Part shown: positions 44,501 through 54,421 of the stretch, in pieces | Position numbering within the stretch: position 1 is the stretch's first letter | Layout of the letters: each line of letters begins with the position of its first letter | Assembly (NCBI GenBank): GCA_043228905.1 | Contig: JBHGNT010000017.1 | Span: forward strand, 2,728,001 to 2,792,000 | From: Azolla caroliniana | Lineage: Eukaryota > Plantae > Polypodiophyta | Length of the DNA: 64,000 nt | Reading direction: 5' to 3' | The notes under the pieces: model-generated | The model's database searches: none | Seen by the model: the letters and a program-made list of their open reading frames with translations, nothing else | Told to the model about the DNA's origin: nothing | Program-made: the position numbers and the translations under genes

Positions 44501-46287
44501 ATCGGCCTCGTTCCGTTTCGGCCCGAATCGGGTTTCGTATCTCTGTGAGGGTCCGGCCCCTCCGATTTTACCTACCCGTTTGTCTTCAACCAGAGCCTCG
44601 TAGTTCTGGCAAGCTGCTTCGACGAAACCTGTCTTTTCTTTGACCGGGTCACTCCACCCGGTTACCTCCTGGACCTGCTTCTCCGCGCGGTCCGCCTCGT
44701 CTCTCTTCAGTCGGGCATCGGCGAGGCCTTCCAGCACCGTCGGCTAGAACTCGGCTTTGCTCTCCTTCCGGGCCTCGCTGCCTCCGACCCGAATACCAGC
44801 TGACGCTGAGTAGTGGACGGTCTCCGCGTGCCGGGCTGCCGCCTCTTCCATCAGCCTTTTCATTCCTCATCGCCCGTCGTTTCGGTTCAGGGCCCTCTGG
44901 GTATCGTTGGCGTGCACCCGACCTTCCCATAGGTACACTACCCGGCTTCTCAAAGCCTCCATAAAGTCCCCGCAGTCTTTCCGGATGTGGCCGACCTCGT
45001 GACACCACATGCACCTACTTCCTGCCGGAGGCCGTCGGTCACGAGCCTGATCGCCACCTTCTCTCCTAGCTTGGGCGATCTGGAGATCCTTTACCGCTCG
45101 TGTCAACTCCTCCAAAGTTGTTCCCCCGGACGAGCCTTTGACCACGCCGATCGAAGCCGAACCGGTTTCGAGCCACTCCCGGGTCTCTTCCCTTCGCGCC
45201 TGCGGTATCGGTTCAAGCTTCCTTGTTGCGACAGGTCCCGCCCCGGTCGCCTCTGTATCAGCCCACTCCCACTGTTTGTCAAAACGGCCGTAGACTCTTT
45301 TTACCGCAACCCAGTCGGCCGTCAGCCCGTCTTCGGTTTCCAGTAAGGAGCCAACTTGCCCCCGATCCCGTGCGTCAACCGATTTGACAAACAACAGGAC
45401 ACGACTTGTGTCCAGAACGGTCCGATCGAGCACTGAAAGGCGCGCAAAGCGTTCCTCAAACTCCCGGAGGAGTACCGACGCATTTCTTCCTTTGTTGGGG
45501 GACTCCACCCACTCCATGAAGCTCCGCTTCGAAAGTCGAAGCGCGTCATCCAGCCCGTATTTCTCCAGGAGCCGTCCTTCGAACTCCTCCCAGGTCCGGC
45601 TCTCCGCCTGGACCTCGAGCACCTCCGCATGGATGCCTGGCATCGCCACTCGAGGGAATCCGGCAAGACGCCTCTCTTCCGAAATATCCCTCATCAACAT
45701 CTCCGCCCGGTAGGACGCCAAATAACTCGTGGCATCCTTTCCATTGAACCGGCCGATCATACTGACGATCGCCTCAATAGCCCTGTCAAGGGCGCCGGTG
45801 CCCTCGCGCGCGCTCACTATCCGGTCCACGGCCGAAGCCATGGCCTCTGCAAGATCCGACCCCCTCATCTTCTGCTCCTCTGCTGCCTCGTTCACGTCGG
45901 GTTCACCAAATATGTCGCGTTGTTACGCTTGTGCGTGGAGAGACGAGGCGGTGTCAAGATTCGAACTCTTGACACGACCATGTTATAATCTACTATTATG
46001 AGTTAACCAAGATATCTAGTACTAGTTATGTATGTAATTGGTCCTTATTATTTTGCTAGCATCATGTGCATAGTTGCTCCCTTGTAGTATTTACACTTGG
46101 CACATGCATGCATACCTACATGCTCTATTGTAGATTCACATGCCATGTAGTATAAATAGAGGAGTTCACCTTGAAGGAATTCAAGGTGAACAACACCAGT
46201 TATGGAGTCTTTCCTTTAGTACTATCTTCTTTCTTGTCCATTTGGTTATCTTCTTCGTTGTCTCTTGAGTTTATGATCCGTGACAGT

Positions 46288-46298
46288 TTGTTCACCTT
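46288..46298 (+). promoter_or_regulatory. Self-priming PBS (Tf1-type)
   Basis: TTGTTCACCTT is complementary to AAGGTGAACAA at 46183-46193, 32 nt after the start of the TATAAATA at 46151; there is no TGG-type tRNA PBS. Confidence 0.82.
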
Positions 46299-46335
46299 CC
46301 CATCCTCATAGCTTTCCCTCTCATAAGCCATAGCT

Positions 46336-47352
46336 ATGTCCGACTCAACTAGTGAGTTAGGCCAAATAATGGTAGCCTTACGACAACTACAGCTTGAAAA
46401 TGAAGCTCTTCGAAATTCTTTACAAGAACTTCAAGTCGGTACCTCCCTATCCTCACAACCCCCAAACCCTAGTCTCCCACAACAACCTAGCCTAGAGCCC
46501 GATCTTCTACCAACATCTAGCCTAGCTTCGTCACAGTTTCTTGAGCCTAAGGTTAGCCTCCCAGAAAAATTTGATGGAACGAGGTTGCGTTTCCGAGGGT
46601 TCATCAACCAAGTTCGACTTATCATTCGGCTACAACCTCAACGTTATGGAGATGGTCTTCGACAAGTCGGCCTTGTGGGCACCCTTCTCTCCGGTCCGGC
46701 CCAAGCTTGGTTTGCACCATTGGTAGAAACCTCATCACCTTTATTGGAGGACTTTCCCGCCTTCCTCGCCGAGTTAGAGGCCACATTTGGAGAGACGGAC
46801 CGACGACGTACAGCTCTTAACAAGATTTATGCACTCGAACAAGGTTCACGTGCAGCTTCGGTCTATGCTTCCGAATTTCGACAACTAGCATGCGACGTCA
46901 ATTGGGATGATCAAGCTTTAGTTGATCACTTTCGGCGCGGTCTTCGAAGCAATGTCAAGAATCTTCTCTTAAACTTTCCGGAGCCTACCTCGTTATCCCA
47001 AGCGATTTCACAAGCAATCCATTGTGACAATCGTCTTTTCGAATTTCGCCAAGAAGAGCGCCGGACTTGGGTTCCACCTCATTCACTTCCACGCCACGCC
47101 CCGGTCATACAACCCCAAGCATCCTCACACTCGCCTACTTCGGCAGATGCTCCTGTCCCCATGGAAATTGATCAAGCTCGATTTCGGCCATTGACTGATG
47201 CTGAACGACAATTTCGGCGGGCTAATGGCTTGTGCATGTATTGTGGCGCCTCCGGTCATGTCGTTCGCCATTGTCCTAGGAGTACTCGCCCACAATTCCA
47301 TAGAGCTACCGAACCCCAACATCCGGAAAACGACATCGTTCGGTTGCAGTAG
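46336..47352 (+). CDS. gag: Chromovirus Gag
   Basis: Coiled-coil N-terminus, PEKFDG, LSGPAQAWF, PVPMEID, CMYCGASGHVVRHC. Confidence 0.93.
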   Translation: MSDSTSELGQIMVALRQLQLENEALRNSLQELQVGTSLSSQPPNPSLPQQPSLEPDLLPTSSLASSQFLEPKVSLPEKFDGTRLRFRGFINQVRLIIRLQPQRYGDGLRQVGLVGTLLSGPAQAWFAPLVETSSPLLEDFPAFLAELEATFGETDRRRTALNKIYALEQGSRAASVYASEFRQLACDVNWDDQALVDHFRRGLRSNVKNLLLNFPEPTSLSQAISQAIHCDNRLFEFRQEERRTWVPPHSLPRHAPVIQPQASSHSPTSADAPVPMEIDQARFRPLTDAERQFRRANGLCMYCGASGHVVRHCPRSTRPQFHRATEPQHPENDIVRLQ

Positions 47353-50300
47353 GAGCCATGCAACTGGACATCTCCCGTTGCCCACATTCTCTTGGTTCCA
47401 TTGCCGGACCATCAGGCAATTTCACATTGGAGGTATGGCTTTCGTTTAACTCTAGTTCCATTCAGTCTGTTGCTTTACTTGATTCTAGGGCATCTTCTTG
47501 CTTCATCGACGTCGCGTTTGCCCAAGCACATGGCGTACCTGTCGTTGGCCTCTCAAAACCCATTCCAGTTGAAGCCATCGACGGGTGCGTCCTCTCGTCA
47601 GGTGCAATTACTCAAGCTACAATCCCATTAGGGCTTCGGGTGGGCTCACACCAAGAGGAGCTCACCTTTTACCTCATCGCATCTCCTCGACATCCGATCG
47701 TCTTAGGACTAACGTGGTTGGAGGCGCACAATCCAATAGTGGATTGGTGCAACCGCTCGATCACATTTAGCAAGCCAAGATGCTTGTGCAAAAGTATGAA
47801 GGTAAATTCAATTTCCTATCCTTCGGAGACAGTTGACTCCGAATTGACTACCCTATCATCCGTCCAGGATGGGTTTGTTTGTGGCGCCATTTCTAACACA
47901 CTCCATGTTATTCCCGAAAAATACCAACACTTCTCCGACGTATTTGAAAAATGTAATGTTGTTCGGTTGCCTGAACACCGGCTCTACGACTGTCCGATTG
48001 ATCTTCAAGAAGGTGCGTGTCCACCCTTTGGTCCTCTATATGCGTTGTCTGCACCAGAGTTGAAGGCCCTTCGTGTGTATCTTGATGAGAACCTCGAGAA
48101 AGGCTTTATTCAACCTTCTAAGTCACCAGCCGGGGCCCCCATTTTATTTGTGAAGAAGAAGGACGGCTCTCTACGCTTATGCGTCGACTACCGAGGTCTC
48201 AACAAACTCACTGTGCGCAACCGCTATCCACTACCTCTGATCCCCGAACTCCTTGATCGGCTCCGAGTTGCGCGTGTCTTCTCCAAAGTTGATCTGCGTG
48301 GCGCGTACAATCTAGTATGCATCAAGCCGGGGGATGAATGGAAAACCGCATTTCGAACACGGTATGGGCATTTCGAATACAAGGTAATGCCTTTTGGTCT
48401 TACTAACGCTCCCGCAGTTTTTCAACATATGATGAACGATATTTTCCGGGAATATCTTGATCTTTTTGTTGTCATTTACCTCGATGATATTCTCATTTTC
48501 TCGCCAAACATGGAGGAGCACACTCGCCAAGTCCGATTAGTTCTGGCCAAACTTCGCGAGCATGGCCTTTATGCCAAAGGTGAGAAATGCGAGTTCGACC
48601 GTACCTCGATCGAATTTCTGGGCTACATCATCTCGCCCACTGGCATCACCATGGATATGAAGAAGGTCTCTGTCATTCAGGCGTGGGCGACTCCAAGGCG
48701 ACTTAAAGATGTGCAATCCTTCCTCGGCTTCGCGAATTTTTACCGTCGCTTCATCAAGGGGTTTTCCACCCTAGCACAACCTCTTATCGCTCTCACCCAT
48801 AAAGGCACTCCATTTTTATGGACCTCGGAGGCACAAAATGCGTTCGACTCACTCAAACATGCATTCATCACTGCCCCGGTGCTGCTACATGTCGACCCCA
48901 CAAAACCCTTCCAAGTCGAAACCGATGCCTCTGACTTTGCCATTGGCGCCATCTTATCCCAAGCAGACGACAACAACCTAATGCACCCAGTGGCTTACTA
49001 TTCCCGAAAATTTACGGCATCCGAAATCAATTATCCCATTTACGACAAGGAGCTTGCTGCTATCATTGTTGCCTTTGAAGAATGGCGACCCTACTTGGCC
49101 GACGCACAACATCGTGTCCAGGTAGTGACTGATCATAAAAATTTAGTTTATTTTTCCACCACTCGTACTTTGAATCGAAGGCAGGCCCGTTGGTCTACAT
49201 TTCTCGCCGACTACGATTTTGAGATCGTATTTCGACCTGGTAGCCAACATGGGAAGGCTGATGCCCTTTCTCGCCGAGCTGACCTTGCACTCCGCCCTGG
49301 GGATGTTGCTTATGCTCAACAATCTAGACGTTTGTTGAAACCCGACCAATTGCATCTGTTTGCCACTTGTATGTTGCAGGATGATTCTTTACTCCAACAA
49401 ATCACTGATGCATCCAAGACCGATGCGTTCGCCAACGAGATTCGAGATAGTCTGCAAAACCCCTCCAAGGCGACCAAAAGGAAGGATCTTGACACCTTCA
49501 CCATACAAGAGGGTTTGTTGTTCCGAGATCATCTCTTATACGTCCCAGAGGGCCCATGTCGCACCCGGGTGTTGCGGGAATGCCACGATGACCCACTTGC
49601 AGGTCATTTCGGGGTCGCGAAAACCCTCGAGCCAATCTCTCGGGGGTATTGGTGGCCACAACCATGGAAGCTGGTCAAAGAATACATAAAGAGTTGTGAG
49701 GTTTGTGCTCGCTCCAAAGCCATTCATCATCGGCCATACGGCTTACTACAGCCGCTTCCATGTCCTCGTCATCCTTGGGCCTCTATCTCTATGGACCTGA
49801 TAACTGATCTACCCTTGGTCAATAGCTATGACTCGGTGTTGGTCATTGTCGATCGGTTTACGAAGATGGCTCACTTCACTCCATGCTCCAAAACCATTTC
49901 CGGAGAAGGAATGGTGCATCTCCTACTCAACAATGTAGTACACTTGCATGGACTCCCCGATGATGTCATCTCGGATCGCGGACCCCAGTTTGTCTCTCAC
50001 TTCTGGCAGTGCCTGCTACAAACTTTAGGTATCTCTGTCAAGTTCTCCTCCGCTTATCACCCCCAAACTGACGGGCAAACGGAGCGTGTCAACCAAATCC
50101 TTGAGCAGTATCTTCGGTGCTCGGTTAGTTACCAACAAGATGATTGGGTCAACTTACTTTCGCTCGCAGAATTCACCTACAATAATTCTCTCCATGCATC
50201 GACTGGCGTCACTCCCTTCTTTGCCAACTACGGTTTACATCCTCGCTTCAACATTTCCCTTCCTACCACTTCCGTGAACCCTTCGGCGGAGGATCATGCC

Positions 50301-50909
50301 CGCATTTTGGAAGAAGTACATCATGATTTATCCTTGGAGCTTAGTCTTGCTAATGAACGATACAAGAAGCAAGCTAATCGCCATTGATCTTCCACTCCAC
50401 ACTTTGTCGTTGGAGACATGGTCTGGTTGTTACGTCGACACATCTCTACTACTCGTCCATGTGCGAAACTTGATTACAAGAAGTTGGGACCATTCCGTAT
50501 CATCGAGTGCATCAATCCCGTCGCCTTCCGGCTCGCCCTTCCATCCCACTTCCAGATTCACAATGTTTTTCATGTCTCCCTCCTCGAACCCCATTATGCT
50601 TCACAACTCCCAGGACGTCAAGCCCCACCACCACCACCTGTGCAATTGACGACAGGGGAGGAATACGAGGTCGACCAAATCCTTGACTCGCGTTGGCACC
50701 GTCGACACTTGCAATACCTCGTCCTATGGAGGGGTTACCCCATGTTTGAGGCCACATGGGAACCATCGGCAAATTTACAAAATGCCCCAGAGGTCGTCCA
50801 AGATTTTCATCACCGATATCCCCACAAACCAGCGGCCGATTTGGGAAGGTGGCAGCGTAAGAAGGGGGATAATGTCAAGATTCGAACTCTTGACACGACC
50901 ATGTTATAA
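47325..50909 (+). pseudogene. pol: Chromovirus Pol (PR-RT-RH-IN-chromodomain) via a predicted -1 frameshift; one premature stop
   Basis: G GAA AAC at 47325-47331; ORF 47358..50387 (YLDD, ETDASD, SDRGPQF) then the same-frame ORF 50418..50909 with a chromodomain; protease reads DSR instead of DSG. Confidence 0.92.
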
Positions 50910-51815
50910 TCTACTATTATGAGTTAACCAAGATATCTAGTACTAGTTATGTATGTAATTGGTCCTTATTATTTTGCTAGCATCATGTGCATAGTTGCTC
51001 CCTTGTAGTATTTACACTTGGCACATGCATGCATACCTACATGCTCTATTGTAGATTCACATGCGTGCAACAAGTATGCATGCCATGTAGTATAAATAGA
51101 GGAGTTCACCTTGAAGGAATTCAAGGTGAACAACACCAGTTATGGAGTCTTTCCTTTAGTACTATCTTTTTTCTTGTCCATTTGGTTATCTTCTTCGTTG
51201 TCTCTTGAGTTTATGATCCGTGACAGGCGGGACCACCGAGGTCTTGAACCGAAGAGCAGGTGATTGAAGGGGAAAGAGGAAGAGAGCGACGCCCGGTCAC
51301 ATATGAGCAAAGAAACACAAAAGGGGGGGGGGGCACGGCCCTTCAAGACAGAAGACGCGAATGGACACAGAGATAGGGAGACACAAGTGTTTGTATATTA
51401 ACGAATATCAAGTACACAACAAAGCACGCGAGTGGTTAGAACCGAACAGGCTGGCGAACAGATGCCGATGCCTGTTCGTCTGTGCACGAAAGGAGAAAAG
51501 GGTGGAGGTGCTGCCGGAAGCACACAGGCGTTCCTCGAAGCAGCGCGAGCCTCCCGAAACCCTGCAGAGAAGAGCAATGGAGAACGAACAGAGGAGAAGC
51601 GTTCGGTTCCGGTCCGACAGCACTTCGTCCTCCTTAATGCGCAATCCCTTCTCCCTGCGTTTCCCTCATTTACTTCCTACCTACCGAATCTAACTACCCA
51701 GGATATCTCTATGTACCTAATTCTCTATTATATACATTAAGAGCGCGCACACGTGAAGGGCCGGTTCATGGGCGCTATTCACCGATTGCGCCAAGGGACG
51801 GTTTTCTTCACGACA

Positions 51816-53818
51816 CCGTACTACCTTGAGTATTTGCCGATTCTTTGTTTTGGCGACTCTATTTTGTTGGGGTGTGTGTCGGCATGAGAATTCTCTCCGA
51901 ATGCCTTCACTTTGGAGGTAGGAGGTGAATTCGTCGGAGAAATACTCCTTTGCTCCATCTGATTGTTGGCATCGAATGTGCTGACTGTTTTCTTTCTTGA
52001 CTTGCTCATTTATCTTTTGGAAGTGGGAGACCACTTCGCTCTTCTTCTTCATCGGAAAGATCCACATGTAGCGGGAGTAGTCGTCGATGAAGGTGGCGTA
52101 GTATTGACATCCGTCGATTGTCGATGTTTGAGCCAATCCCCATACATCCGAGTGTATGATGTCAAGGAGGCCTTTGCTTACGGAGCTCTCCTTCGGAAAT
52201 GGGAGTCGATGTTGTTTGCCGAGTTGGCACGCTTCGCATACTCGGTCGACTCGAATGCCGGAAGTCCAATCACGACTCCCTTTGATTGCATTGCTTGAAG
52301 CCGTTGAAGGTTTATGTGGTCGATTCTTTTGTGCCACAACTCGATGCTTGTCTCGGTTTTGAGACCTTTGGCATACATGGCCGATTTCATCTCGTTCGAA
52401 TCGAGGATGAGCATTCGACCGTCTCTCCGTCTCTCCATCCCTTGGCTATGAGTCAACCATCTTTCTCGATGAAACAACCTTCGTTGTTGAAGCGGACTTG
52501 CATGCCTTGCTCCACGATTTGGCCAACTGAGACCAAATTCTTCGTTATTGTGGGCACGTGCAAGACATTCTTGATGCAAGTTTGCTTGCCTTCTTTCCCG
52601 AATGGGACATTGCTGATGTGCCGAATGGGATGTGTGGTGTCACCTGCCATCTCTATGGAGCCGGGTCGATCCGGTGTACGCAGGTCATTGAACCACTCTT
52701 TGTGGGATGTCATGTGATGTGAGGCACCAGAATCGACGAACCACACGTCTTCTGAATTGGAGGTGCTTACAGAGTCAGAAGCAGTCATAGAGTTCGCTCC
52801 ATGTCTCATTACAAATACACCACCGTAGTCGTCATATTTGGAGTTGTTGGCATAGTTTGTGAGTTGTTGGCTTGTCGAATCCGACTCACTTCTCTTCACA
52901 GTGGCTGATTTTGCCGCAATAGTTGCAAGCAATGGGCCACGTTTGCCGACCTTGTTCGGCATGGAAGCTCCCTCTTCTTCCGAAGGTTCCTTGATGGCTT
53001 CCGTCTTGTTGTTGAAGGTTTGAGTTCCCTTCATGTGATGGGTCGAATCGACCTCTTCTACCACCTCAACCTCGTCATGGGCCACGTTTGCCGACCTTGT
53101 TCGGGATGGAAGCTCCCTCTTCTTCCGAAGGTTCCTTGATGGCTTCTGTCTTGTTGTCGAAGGTTTGAGTTCCCTTAATGTGATGGGTCCAATCGACCTC
53201 TTCTATCACCTCAACCTCGTCCCCGGCCACCATCCGAATTCGAGAAGAACATTTGTCCTTCTGATGTCTTGGTTTTGGTTTGGACATGGTTCTCTTCAAC
53301 CATTAGCATTGATTCAAGGTCGAATAATGAAGGAGGGTTTTCCCTCGCCAAGGTTGCAGTCCTCAACGAGTCGAATCGTTGTGCGAGGCCACCCAAACAT
53401 ACTTGAACCATCTTGTCTTTGTCGACGTTTATTTTGATGGAGCCAAGTGAGTCACAAATGCTCTTGATCTTGGCGGTGTAGTCTGACACAGACATGTCTT
53501 TATGCCGAATGTTGTTCAACTCTTGTCGGAGTTGAAGCTTTTGGGCAGTCGTGTTGGCGGCGAACATTTTCTTTATGTTCTCCCACGCTTTTAGGCGTCT
53601 TGGCGTCTCGAATGTGGCTAAGCATGTGATCATGGACACATGTTGCCAAGCAATACATGACTGGACTGGCCGCTTACTCCCATGTTGAGTAGTCCGCGTT
53701 CTTTGGGTCGGGTCAATTTTCTTGAGCGCCATTGATGTAGCTCCAATACCTTTGGCCGACGAGGTATTGGTTCATCTTGTACTCCCAAGATGAATAATTG
53801 GTCCGGTCTAGCTTTTCA
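51816..53818 (-). pseudogene. Degenerate copia gag-pro-integrase, host of the 39003-51815 insertion; continues at 38950-39002
   Basis: EKLDRTNY, WFVDSGASHHMT, LWHKRIDH, CEACQLGKQHR; LKVVR joins AMLHDKHMLNFYWADA across the insertion. Confidence 0.88.
52932..53221. repeat. 145-bp tandem duplication in the copia gag
   Basis: 52932-53076 is repeated at 53077-53221 with a few substitutions. Confidence 0.85.
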
Positions 53819-54421
53819 CTACGGAGAGTCGGATGGTGCAGGCCCGGTATAAACCGGATGAGGAGTACCCGGCTACGGAGAGCCGGATGGTGCAGGCCCG
53901 GTATGAACCGGATGAGGAGTACCCGGCTACGGAGAGCCGGATGGTGCAGACCCGGTATGAACCGGAGGAAGAGACATATTCGTAAATATGTTTCTGAGAG
54001 CCCATTGTGGCTATATTTGTAAATAGCCGAAAAGTCATATTAGTATAAATATGACTTAGGGCAAGCTAATATTAGGTTGTTGTCAATTTTCTATATTACA
54101 TGAGATTAGTGTGCGTAACGTTGTACAGAGAGAGAGAGAGAGAAAGAGGTTGCTGCCTCTGTTGTAACCGCCCCCTGTGGCGAAGATCGTGAATCCGAGG
54201 TTGTTGCCTCCATGTACTCACTGTTTTGTACATTCATACATAGTGACAGTTTGCAGCCTGTGGGCTGCCGTGGTTTTTTCCCCTAGTTTGGGGTTTTCCA
54301 CGTTAACCTCCTGTGTACCATTTCTCTTCTTTGTGTCGTGTTCTATTTCCCGTTTTCTGTGTATGAAAAGAAACTCGGTTGTGGCCGAGTCTTGCGCATA
54401 AGGAACGACAAGTTCCCGTCA
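53819..54421 (+). repeat. 5'-truncated copia LTR with about three 54-bp CCGG-rich tandem repeats
   Basis: Homologous to the reverse complement of 56674-57411 and to 63224-63921; ends gttcccgtCA. Confidence 0.78.

Larger units (their letters stand above)
45952..51225 (+). mobile_element. Near-intact Tcn1/Tf1-like chromovirus, 5-bp TSD GGCGG
   Basis: LTRs 45952-46285 and 50873-51225, near identical apart from a 19-bp indel; GGCGG at 45947-45951 and 51226-51230; PPT aagaagggggataa. Confidence 0.96.
39003..51815 (-). mobile_element. Decayed full-length family W element, 4-bp TSD CCGT, inserted in a copia integrase
   Basis: LTRs 39003-39664 and 45913-51815 (split by the chromovirus); CCGT at 38999-39002 and 51816-51819; PBS 45891-45908; gag 43760-45870 and pol 39660-43770 broken by stops, frameshifts and a deletion. 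Confidence 0.93.

Noticed and set aside
50385-50387. Programmed stop read-through to make the chromodomain optional
   Set aside because: The TGA is best explained as CGA>TGA decay; the other chromovirus has an Arg codon at the equivalent position
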